The notes under the pieces are model-generated. The model did not search any database. It was not told the DNA's origin and saw only the letters and a program-made list of their open reading frames with translations. Shown here in pieces: positions 53,301 to 64,000 of a stretch of 64,000 nucleotides of DNA; position 1 is the stretch's first letter, and every line of letters starts with the position of its first letter. A program made the position numbers and the translations under genes. The DNA comes from Isurus oxyrinchus (lineage: Eukaryota): positions 14,818,001-14,882,000 of the forward strand of contig JANJGN010000033.1 of assembly GCA_026770705.1 (NCBI GenBank), in the 5' to 3' direction.

Positions 53301-55087
53301 CCCTTTCGGAGTGCCCGATTTCAAGCAGTGAACGGATGAAGAACATTATTTGAGATAAACAATAAAGAAAAGGTCGAAGAAAATGGCGAGCAAGGGAGCG
53401 TCACGGGTGAAACACCAGATAGAAATATCACAGCACTGAAAGTAGTGGACAGCACTAAATACAGAAAGCTGCTGAACATTCTTTAATAATGATAGGCCAG
53501 TAATAGGGAATTCACTTATGCTATTAAATATGGGAAGATGCCAAATCGAGGTTAAGAGTTACAATCTATCGTGGGTATTTTTGTAAAGAAAGTTTTTTTT
53601 CAAATTGTGTAAAGAATGACCACAGTTTCAGGAGCCACAACCTGGCATTCTGGACTGGAACATTGTAACAGAGAAAGGTTTTCACGTGGTTAACGTTGGA
53701 AGCTCAGAGAAAATATCAGGCATACAACAAAAACCAAGTCATTGCAGAAAAAGTCAGATGGCGGGTGTGAACTGTCGCCTCTGACGGCCCCACGGATACT
53801 TCCTGACTCTGAAACATGTGGTCAGTTTCTGCGGAAAGGAAGTAAGTATGAGGGGACGGGGCACGATCGAGCCGTGAGGACATAATGCATCCCTTGGCGT
53901 TTTGACTTTCTTCAGTAAGTGAAATCAGAAGTGAAACATTTTTTGAGATGGATGCGCATCTTGTGTTTATAGAGAAAAAATAGGACAATATCTTAGAGAC
54001 TTTTGATACAATCTAAAAGAAAAAAAAAGTGACCTGTTAAATTCCAATGAATCAGGGTGCGAATGTGATAGATTCCAAAAAAACAAATAACTGGCCATTC
54101 CGTGGATATTATGAATCAGAACAGATTGTATTAAGGGTTGACATTCAGTTTGGAGATCCCAGGAATAGTGCTTGCGTTTAAACTGTTGGTTTGTCTCATA
54201 AAGAGGGTCAACCGGTTCCAACTGGTGTCATGTTCTCGGGGAGGGGAATCCTGTTGAATCACCTGTTTACCAGCTGAAAAATAAAAAGAGGAAAGGGGGA
54301 AACAATCAGTTCCCGAACCTTAGCGGAGCAAATGACGTATCTGTAGTGAGATAAGAAATAGAATGTGGAAGTCCTGACAAATTTTGAAAAGGTCTGGATT
54401 TTTGGCACAGCTGTTAGTTAGCACAACCGATTAAGAACAAGCAGAATGATGATTAGTCTTTAGCTAATCTGACTATTTAAATTGAAGAAAAACCTGGAAC
54501 TAAATAACATGCAAATTAATCCAAGGGATGTTTGAGGAATAGATATGACTCGATAAACATTATGGAGTACACTGTCCAACTTCAAGTAACAGTGCACTTA
54601 AAATAACAAAAAAGAAGCGAAGAGAAATAGGATGAGGGTTACAATAGATCCAAGAACATTATACAGGTCGCCATCCAATTTAGTCTTAGGTTTTGCTGTA
54701 GGTTCCTTTAATTGTGCCGTGTTAGGTAGGGCTTGTACTCCATTAGTATATGGGAGATATTTGTTCCAACGTTATAGTAATTCACGAAGTAATGAAGATT
54801 GATGCCAGGTTAATGAACATTTCTACAATGTGCTTTACATTTGCCATTGACAGCACACAACGGTTATTAAAGAAAGTTGTATTTTTACCAAGTGAACTAC
54901 AAAGAGCAAGTCAATTCATAATCTTCGATATAGTCTCTAGTAGAATACCTAAGCTGTTGAAAAGGTTATATGAATAAATGTACCTACAAAACTCCATATG
55001 TAGACTGATTATTTTGAAAGTCAATTGATGTATAGTTTACACAGCTAAAATATTATTGTGTCCTCTTAATATCAGAATGTTAGGCAA

Positions 55088-55187
55088 ATGTTAGTCAAGT
55101 CAGGTGGTAAGAATCAGAGGGAAAATGTCTTCAAAGAACCAAGCAACATTGATTATCCTACTTGTCAAAGGTTGAAATCCTGCTAAT
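55088..55187 (+). pseudogene. Putative decayed exon 1 of the plus-strand GPR139-like pseudogene
   Basis: FKEPSNIDYP-(frameshift)-LVKG*NP then g|ctaat aligns in register with FRNVQRVYYPILVAFGVP|gtaag of the intact gene. It lies ~3.3 kb upstream of the pseudo-exon 2 (intact intron is ~3.0 kb). A paralogous copy is at ~3850-3943. Confidence 0.35.
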
Positions 55188-56058
55188 AAGATAATAAGGT
55201 AATTTGCGACGAGGATACAAAGGTAATTGGGAAGCCAGTGAGTAGTGTGGATTCTGGAAATTGTATCACCATGTGCTAACGTACGTGGCTTTAAATGGGT
55301 AGTTGAAATGGATCATGACCAGGCAGAACAGTAATGGCATACAGCAGAATGGCCAGGATATTATGCATGGGAACGTGAATGGCTTTCCGAAAAATGAAAT
55401 ATCTCCCGCTTAAACAAAAACAACAATTTGCTTTAACATGATATGAATGATAATCGCCAGTAGATCCACAATCACTTCAGGCACATGGCAATGACCAACA
55501 CCTTTGGAAAGATCGCAGTTTCCCTGGGACAGAATCGTAAGCTTCACCAATTTGAAAGTGAACGAAATGGAAAGTATGGAAACTTCTCGAAGACAACTTG
55601 ACCAAATGATTCAATGCCTCTAGCCCTCTGTTAATACAAATTAATCTTTAGAGCTCTTTCCCCAAAACCAATATGTCCATCCTGTTAGACGCTGATAACA
55701 ACTCTATGTAGCAGTATGCTTGGGGTCCAAACAAATCTGTAGCAGTGCATGTCCAAATTACGCCCGGTAGTGTTTGACAGAAATACCTGTGCAGCATATA
55801 CATTAGCATTTATGTTAGTAAGCTTGTGGTTAAAAGGCACTGTTGAGAGTTTGGAAATTATCTAAATGCCCAGAGACAGGGACGTGAGGACAGAGGCTGG
55901 GAACCAGATGAATAAAATTTTCTATAGATGTGCATGAATGGACTAATGAGTTAAGACACTGTGCTCACATAGCGAATTTGAACACAGGTTCAATGAATTT
56001 GGTGCTTCTGTAGAATTGTACAAAAGAAACATTATTAACGAGTATTTGTAAAGCATTT

Positions 56059-56184
56059 ACAAAAACAGAACTACCTGCAAAAACTCAGCAGGTCTGGCAG
56101 CATCGGCGGAGAAGACATCAACTGTTTTCTTCAATGGCGATGCTGCCAGACCTGCTGCGTTTTTCCAGTTAATTCTGTTTTTGT
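56059..56184. repeat. Near-perfect hairpin (MITE-like derivative of the same Penelope-type repeat)
   Basis: acaaaaacagaa...aaaaactcagcaggtctggcagcatcg pairs with cgatgctgccagacctgctgcgttttt...ttctgtttttgt. Confidence 0.75.
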
Positions 56185-58507
56185 TTTCCACAGTTGTGGA
56201 CTCCCAGTTTAACATAAATCTCACTAGCATCTTAAGTGTAGTCACCTCGTGTCTGAACTTTCCTTATTCTAATGTCTGTAACTCTGGACGCCTCTCTATA
56301 GGAACTTTCCTCCCTCTCAGTGACGCTGTCCCTGAAGTCAAGCACAGTCTTCATAGTGCACTTCATTATCCAGGGTTTCAGACCCTTTCAGCTAGCACAA
56401 AGATGATCAAATTGATTTTGCTGAAATATATATTGCCTCCAGCCCAGTTTGTTCTAATCTAACCTCCCTGAAAAATAAATGTGCGCGGCAATAAACACTT
56501 TTTCTTCTATTGTTTATATCCCAAGTCATTTGGTCACATGATCATCTCCTGGAACAGGTTGATATTTTGCAACAAATCGTCTTCCAGAAAAGGTTAGTTC
56601 TCAGATGGGCAGCACTCCAATCTAAAATACAGGATTGTTTTCTCCCAAAGTCACACGGGCCATCACAAATAGCGGACTAGTCAATATCTGAACTGAGGTC
56701 AATCGTTTGAAGCACACCCTTTAATAAATCATCTTTACTGGGAGAGGAAGCAGAGGGAAAGAGAATATAACTGTGGGATTTTCAGAGTTTATGACTAGGG
56801 CAATATCAGGCACAGCAACCAATGGCTATAGGAATGCTTTGCGGTCCTGATTCTAATCCGCAGTCGTTCACATAGAACCACTTTTTGGACAAACTTAGAT
56901 TAACTTTAGGTCTGGCAATGCATCGGCTAACAAATGTGAACCCTTATTTTCAAATGTCTCCATGGCCTGCCGCTTCCTAAATTTCTAATTGGCTGCAGAT
57001 TTAAGTTCCACCAAAGTTTCTACTCCGCTTCTGGCTTCTGGGAATCATCGTTTTTTGATCACTCTGCTAGCAGTGATTAGGCCCTCAGCGCTGGGATTGG
57101 CTGCCTAAACACCTTTACCGCTCTTATTGGGTTAAAGAGTGCAAGTAAACTTTGTTGCTCAAAGAAACCGTTTTAACAAAGTATCCATGTTCCAGATGAC
57201 CACCAGCAGCGTCCAAAGTGAACTAGTCACAAATAATGAATTCCCAACTTGCCAGCTGTGCTCACATCCAGAGAACCTTTGAAAGAATCAACGGTTGTGG
57301 CCTAACTGAGAAGGGCACATTCGCTTACTCCTGCTGACGAATAATTTGGTTGATCACTCCATTAAATCAATTCACACGTGATGCCCCATGTCAACAGGTC
57401 TCATGCTAACACTATTCGACAGAAGCAGTCACCAGGTCAGTCACATAAATGGGGAGAGAGTTCAGGTTTAATTATTTCTGCTCTTATAAAATGATCAACC
57501 AGTCGTAAATGAACGGTAATTTTTTTCAACATTCTTCACAATGTCTTCCAAAGTTTTCGGATTTTGGTACGGATTTCCATCATTTTGTTTTTAGTCAACA
57601 CGTGGGGTCGATTGTGCTGCAAAGTGCTGGAGAGAAAAGGAGGATGAGATGGATAATGGCCAATGAGACAGTGGAAGGGATTAAACGTGAATTGCAAGGT
57701 GTGGACCCCATGGGGAAAGGTAGAGATATGTAAATGCAAGAAGGTTGAAGTGGAAATGCAACTTTACAGAATCATCTAGTAGATCTAAAAAGATAGCAGT
57801 GGCAAACATTGACACTAAAATACATAATAAGAAATTAAGACTGCTGAAACAGGGCTTGGTTAAATACGGAGGCTAGAAGTTATCAGAAGTGATATACTAA
57901 TCTTTGGAGTTATGAAACTGAAGGCACGGCAGCATTCGAGGGAAGAATATTAGGGATGTACATGAAGCCAAACAGGATTGGAGAAAAACATAGACCTTGG
58001 CAGTCGGGAGAAATTTAGAGAAAATTATAGAGATAGTAAGAGGCAAGGAAGTGGACGGTGATGAGTACAGTGGTGAGTCATTTATTACCGGCTATCTTTG
58101 CCTGCCTTGTGGATCAACAGTCTACACCAATTTGATCTAGGGGCTCCATCAGAGGGAACTGACTACCTCAACCTACCCTGTAATCATCTTAATCACCTCA
58201 ATTTGATCACTTTTAATCCCAAAGTTAATGGAATGCAAGCTTATTCTGTTCAGTTTTATCCAGTTTTTCCATATATTTGTTTGTTTATTACTGATGGGTG
58301 TGGTTATGACCCATACCAGCACAACTGCCTGTCACTATAAAATACTAAGATTCTATCACTGGATGAAAAACTGATCTACACATTTTAGATGTATTTCATG
58401 ATATGGTGAAGAATTATGAAACCATCTCCATATTTCACTGTAATACAGAGAACTTCTGTTATTGCCATATGTGAGATGAAAAATTTCCCTATCTTTGTTT
58501 CTCACAG

Positions 58508-59380
58508 TTAATGTCATGACGATTGCAATCCTGTCCCCGCCATAGTGTGGCCTCTCCAAATGTGTGAATTACTATCTGCTGGCTATGGCACTTGCGTATC
58601 TACTGGTTGTTATAATCGATTTTATGCTAAGGCAGATTCCGATTGTTTACTGGGAACATTTTTTTTTAGGAACATTGGTCTGTGTAATGTTCATGCTGTC
58701 TTGCTTTATGTTGTCACAAACTGCTCTGTCACTTTCACCTTTGATCGTTTTGTGGCGATTTGTTGTCAGAATCTGAAATCTAAATATTGCACAGAGAAGA
58801 CAGCGGACGTGGTTTTAGGAATCGTGACAGCTTTGAACCTTTTGAAGAACATTTTTGGTAGTTTCTATACACTACTGGATATTGGCTTCTAACAGTTCCT
58901 GGTTTTGTCGTGTTGATGTTGGAGTGTTTCGTTCAATGGCTTGGGTCATTGTTGAATTATTGCATTACATAATAACGCAATTTCTTCCATTTGTGTTGAT
59001 TTCAGTGTTAAACGCATTAAAAGTCAGATACGTTTTAGTGGCCAGCAGGGGCCGCAATAGACTCCGTGTTCGGAGCCATGGGGACAGTTCCAGTGACCCA
59101 GAGATAGAGAGCGGAAGGAAATCTATAATTTTGCTGTTTTCTATATCATGGAATTTCATATTGTTGTGGGTAGTGTTCATGGCTTGTTCTATATTGAGAC
59201 GATTGGATTACTTGCAGTAATCTGTTCCTCTGCCAATGTTTGTACGGGAAATAGGCTTCATGCTGCATCTCGAGTTGCTGCACAAACACTTTCATTTATG
59301 CATTGACCGAAAGGAAGGTTACAGGGGAATACAGGAATGGAGTGAAATATCCATTCACCTTGATGACCAAAATTGATTAA
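58508..59380 (+). pseudogene. GPR139-like GPCR pseudogene (exon 2 of a diverged paralog)
   Basis: Acceptor 'tttctcacag|TT AAT GTC'. Reads NVMTIAILSPP*CGLSKC...YLLAMA, TFTFDRFVAICCQNLKSKYCTEKTA, DPEIESGRKSIILLF, SCCTNTFIY, with in-frame stops, several frameshifts and loss of the WFTV residues before the DRF motif. Confidence 0.9.
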
Positions 59381-61179
59381 TTGAGAAGTCATCACAATTC
59401 CGACATTATCAAGTGTTTTGCTGTCATGTTCTGTGCCTTCCCTTTGTTGGGCTATATTCCATTGGTACATTTCCTGAAGCGAATCTCAAGCTAGTGCAAT
59501 GTTCTTTGCAAGTTTTTGCCCTGTTTAAGAACTTTGAGGTCTTTCTCTACAAAAGAGTTTGAACAATTAGACAGCGAAAAGGGTAAGCTGTATTCGTCAG
59601 TTCCATCTTGAGGTTTTACTTCAAGAGTACTTTTAAATGACCCCTTGCTGTGATTATTCCCAGAAAGAGACCAATCCTGGGGAATGTCAACACAGGTGCT
59701 GAGTTTCTCAATACCAATGAGTTCATTTGATCTCTGCCACTTTTGAAGGAAGGGATTAAAAGATAATTCAATGCAAAAAAGCAAAAAAGAAAACAAGTGA
59801 ACAGGATGACTCTGACGTATATGAATCTCCGCACCATCACTTGGAAAAATGGTGAAAGGGATTTTATCCTAAATTCCAGCCCTATGCACCACAATCAACG
59901 TTTGTTGAAGGCTACTTATTTTTGTGCGTTGAGAGGAGGAAGTAGAACTGATTTAACTAAACATATTTTTTCTCAATGAGTATTATGTATACTCCACCTG
60001 GCGTGAATTAAACAGATTGTGATCTAAAATAAAATACATTTTTCGCAATGAGACCTTTCTCCATCCATAGAGAGATTGTTTAAAAAAAGTAGGGACATGG
60101 TGACATTAGAAGGGAATTGCACTGTTCATGGCGTGGGTGGCTGTACAATGGACTGCCTGGTCAAGTTAAAGCACAGAGCCATGTATGGCATGTGGGTGGC
60201 ACCAGGCACAACGCGCCACCGAGGTCGATTGCAGCACATGCCCAGAGCCTGGCAAAGCACAGATCAGGATTCAGGCACGGCAAAACTTCGGGCATGGGTG
60301 CGGTGAACTGCTGGCTATGGCACTCCCTTGGGACCATATATGACACACTGGGTTCAGTGGGATGGTGCAGTCGGAGATTCTCACATTGAAAACTACAGGT
60401 TCTTGCTGCACTGCACAATCATAATTGACACACATATGGTTCCCAGAGAAGCATCTCCCTCATTTCCAGTGCCGCAAATCCCGGGTGAAGGCACAGGACA
60501 TACTCTAATTCCGGTACAGCACAGTTCAGGTTCCTGGTACAGCATTTTCCCAGAACAAAGTCTCGCACATTTCCAACTCCTGTTGAAGCACATTCCCGCT
60601 GCTTCGAGAACACATTCCCCACTTCCTGTGCAGCACTTTGGTGGTTCTTGGTCAGCATATTAAGTATAAGTTTCTCCCTGTTCTTGGGAAAGCAAAACGC
60701 CGGTTGCAGAGGCAACAATTTCCAAAATTTTAATGAAGCATATTGCTTGTTCCTGACATAACAAAGGAAATTCCTAGCAGCTGGTCCATCAACAGTTGCC
60801 GGAAAACCACTGCGAGATATCTTCCTGGGAGAAACATAGTTTCAGAAATATTAAGGAATTACTGTTTCAAATAAACTGAAGTATAAATCTGTAATACGCC
60901 TGAATGGGCTAGAGTTTACAGCTTTCAATTAGATGTGGACTTATTGCAAACCCTCTGTGATGAAAAGAATGATAAACCATAACAATGAAACTTGTGAAAT
61001 TTTCTCCATACAATAATTTCGATTACGATTCCCTGCAAAGGCAAGTCAACTAATGACAACATAAAGCCTACACCCTCCCCACTTCGGAATCCCCACTCCC
61101 TATTACACTACTCCCACGCCAAAACCCTCCCCACCTCGCCCCCTTCATTCCCCATTACCCTGCTTCCGGACTGATCTTG

Positions 61180-61940
61180 TGACCTAACATTTTTCCCCTT
61201 GATATAATTAAGCAATTTGCTTTTGAAAATCACAACTGAATCCACTTCCATTTCAAGATCAGGTGCGGACTATAGATCCTAACGTTTCCTGTATAGGAAG
61301 GTTTGCATACAATCATAAACTCTGTTGCAATTTCCTCGTGGCCCTGCATTTATTCTTCATTCCAGAAAATTACGCAATGGCCTTTTGAAATCTACGAACA
61401 AATCTGCCTCTGTTCAACCATAAGGAAATGGTTTCAAATCCTACCTACTCACTGGGTAAATAAAAAAGTTGCTGTTGCTTATCTGCTCATCGCCTTACCT
61501 AGTGTCCTTTGGTTCTCGATCATTCCATCATTGAGAGCAGTTTCTCTCTGAGTGTATTCTGTCCGGACATCTCATCAATCTGAACAACTCTATATTCAAT
61601 TTCTCCTAGAGGAGCAGAAAAGAGGCAGCCTTTCCGTTCTATCCACATAACTGATATCCTCTATTGACATTCTCACAAATCTCTTCTCTATCCTCTACAA
61701 TGCCTCCAAACCCTCCCTAATGTTTAGTGCCTAGAGTTGGAGACAATCCTGCAGTTGACACTGAACAAGTGTTTGATAAATGCTCATCAGGCCTTTCCTA
61801 CCTTGTACTCCATGTACCGGCTACTGAAAAAAATCTTATGTCTTATCCAGTTCACTCTCAACCTGTTCTGAACCTTCAAATGATTGTTCCCCAGCCGGCT
61901 TTAACCTTGTACCCTTTATTTGAGTTTACCTTTCCCCGTT
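61180..61940 (-). mobile_element. Decayed CR1-type LINE fragments interrupted by the ERV LTR
   Basis: Antisense CR1-like phrases (cacaaatctcttctctatcctctacaatgcctcc...; aaccttcaaatgatt...ttgtaccctttatt). Confidence 0.5.
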
Positions 61941-62546
61941 TGTGGAATAATGAAATATATCTACAGGACAACTAAGGGTTAAACGGTTAAAATCATAGTG
62001 GAATACTATAGCACAGTTCCATCTTTTGTTCTAGCAGGCACACCTGCAGTTGCCAGCTAATGGAGCAAGAAAGGAGAAAAGGAGCATCATAACCAAGCTT
62101 CCTGGAATCCTTGAAGGAAGGCTAGGATGTCTGCCCCAACACAAAGAGACAGGATCAAGCAATGATCATTTGTGCTTTAGAATATCCACACCTAGCACTA
62201 CAGATAAGGTCAAACAGGGTTATCTATTCTCTGTTTCAATTTTTATCATCAGATGGGCTCCTCCTAAGATCCTGGGTAGTCATAAGCTAGAATAGAACAA
62301 TTGTGTACTGCATGCCATAGACAATGATTCTCAATATAATTAATTATTGAAGGTTAGGCAGTTTTATCGCCTTCATGCTTTTTGATATTTACGACTTTTA
62401 CTATAACTATGTGTGTACTCTCATCCTTCTTTCAGGTGTCAGCTATCTCCACTGAAAGCTGCTGAACTGTCCGTGATATCATGATTTAATAAAGGCTTCC
62501 AAGACAAACCTCCTGTGCCTGAGTGTTCACTCCTATTTCTGCGACA
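61941..62546 (+). mobile_element. 5' LTR of an endogenous retrovirus
   Basis: TGTGG...GCGACA termini, TATA-like sequence at ~62401, AATAAA at 62488-62493. Followed 2 nt later by a PBS-like sequence and then gag. Interrupts a minus-strand CR1 fragment. The 5' boundary is less certain than the 3' boundary. Confidence 0.72.
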
Positions 62547-62548
62547 AT

Positions 62549-62567
62549 TTGCTGAGGAGGATGGGAT
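62549..62567 (+). other. Retroviral primer binding site, tRNA-Ser(GCU)-like, degenerate
   Basis: TTGCTGAGGAGGATGGGAT versus the complement of the tRNA-Ser(GCU) 3' end, TGGCGACGAGGATGGGAT; the last 11 nt are identical. Confidence 0.6.
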
Positions 62568-63027
62568 CCGTCTGAAGTCCAGTAGCCTCTTAAGTCAAAG
62601 AGCTGCGTGAAATTCTGGGCCGTCGGATCTCTAAATAAAAACAAACCCTCACAGAAAAAAAGGGAGGAATACCTCTCCCAGGTTAGGGAGAATACGAACT
62701 GCATCGTTGCTGAAAAGGGGATGGCAGTGAACCAGTATCCTAGCTGAGCAGAGGCCAGCGAAGTAAAAGGGTAGCTACTGACAAAAGAGACTTGAGTGAC
62801 CCAAAGAATCGGAGGACTTGTTAAGGAACTCTTAAACACTGTTGAGCACATAGGATAGGAAACGCACTGCGCTGCTAATTGTGCTACCTTTTCAGAAAAA
62901 TAGGAGGTTTCAGCAGCAGAGCGGGCTCTCCCACTCCCCCTGCCTCTCAAAGTACTAAGAACAAACTGAAACCGGGACTGAATACGGGAGCCTTAAAGAT
63001 GGGTAAGAAAGCGGAAAATAAAGGATA

Positions 63028-64000
63028 ATGGTAACTAAATCTCGTCAGCAGGTAGGAGATCCGCTGGTCCCTCCAGAGTCGCCAGCTGACGTTGTTATAC
63101 GAGAATTGCGTGATGATCTGTATGCGGTGTCCTTTAGCAGCGACTTGCATGGGTGGACGCAGTGAGAATAGCCATATGGGGGATGTTTTAAAATGCCCCT
63201 TATCCAGGCGTGGTGGGATGGGGTAGCTAATGGGGCTGGAAATCCCAACTGGGATTTTGACTATATGATGGGCTGTTTTCGTAAATAGATGGAGGTGGTC
63301 AAATGCCACCAACCCCCTAAATTAAAGAAGAAAAAGGAAAATCAGACTGAAAGTCGTGAAAAGATGATGGACCAAAACCGGGCCCCCCGAGACCATTCAT
63401 ATAGATGTACCCCCGCTGCATCGTCTGCCCCTCCACCAGCATATCCCCTCAGCACCGAACCATTGGGACCTTATACCTTGTATCCAAGAATCGCGGCATC
63501 TGGCAGCCCTCACTGACCTCCCCTTCCTGACCCTTTAATTGAAGTACTTAACGAAATCTAATAGGGAGACAATGCAAAAGGGCTGCTGCGGCTGTCGGGG
63601 CTCGTTTAGGAAAGGTAGCAGGAGTGGGACCATTAAATGATGAACTGGATAGTACTCAATCTGGCCTCGAACCTCAAATAAGGGAATTCGACGTCGGTCA
63701 TCAGACTAATGACAATGGTCCAGCAAAATATACATGACTATCTGCCAAGAGGGGAGCGACAGCGCCTGACTCCACTTCTCCTGTAGCTCAGAATCCTTAT
63801 AATTATGATTGGTGACATGGCTATACTCAAACCATGGACTCCAGCCAAAGCTCGATCTATGATAGCCAAAGTGCCCAATCCTATAAAACGTCCAGCTGCA
63901 TTCCTAAATTGGCTAGAACAGATGTGTGACATTTACCAGCCCCTTCTGGGCAATTTGCAAGATTTATTAAAATTTGCTTATGGTAGCTCCTGGGCTGCCT
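63028..64000 (+). pseudogene. gag: Degenerate class I (gamma/epsilon-like) ERV gag: matrix, late-domain region and start of capsid; truncated by the window edge
   Basis: MVTKS...E*PYGGCF (matrix WP..G.F motif), SSAPPPAY and LYPRI late-domain-like motifs, and capsid-like KPWTPAKARSMIAKVPNPIKRPAAFLNWLEQMCDIYQPLLGNLQDLL. Contains stops and compensating frameshifts. Confidence 0.82.

Larger units (their letters stand above)
29373..54922. repeat. Tandem segmental duplication, unit 2 (25,550 bp)
   Basis: The junction at 29372/29373 'tcaattcataat|aagactcctatg' joins sequence matching 54911-54922 to sequence matching 4289 onward. Confidence 0.93.

Noticed and set aside
63160-63290. TGG-to-TAG stops in gag suggesting APOBEC-type hypermutation
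   Set aside because: Only two such stops, several TGG codons survive, and frameshifts show general neutral decay.
1-64000. CRISPR arrays, operons, rRNA or other prokaryotic systems; the many 60-120 aa ORFs recurring in both units
   Set aside because: Sequence is spliced vertebrate DNA with no repeat-spacer array. Short ORFs recur only because of the recent duplication and mostly overlap LINE, SINE or LTR remnants.

Overview
Vertebrate genomic DNA, AT-rich and repeat-dense. The repeat families and the receptor family point to a cartilaginous fish (shark/ray); this is an inference. The window is dominated by a recent head-to-tail duplication of a ~25 kb unit (4289-29372 and 29373-54922). Each unit carries one intact two-exon GPR139-like rhodopsin-class GPCR gene on the minus strand (353 aa; the two CDSs differ at only 4 nt). 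An older, more diverged copy of the unit's end block lies at 1-4109, and a plus-strand pseudogene of the same family lies at 58508-59380. The window ends inside a decayed class I (gamma/epsilon-like) endogenous retrovirus (5' LTR, tRNA-Ser-like PBS, gag). Upstream of each receptor, on the same strand, is what appears to be a very decayed PIF/Harbinger transposon (transposase plus a Myb/SANT-like remnant). The rest is CR1/L2 LINE fragments, tRNA-derived SINEs, Penelope-type palindromes with hammerhead-like cores, a solo LTR with a 4-bp TSD and a poly(A) insertion with a 15-bp TSD. All family assignments were made by eye, without database searches. No rRNA, true tRNA or CRISPR was seen.
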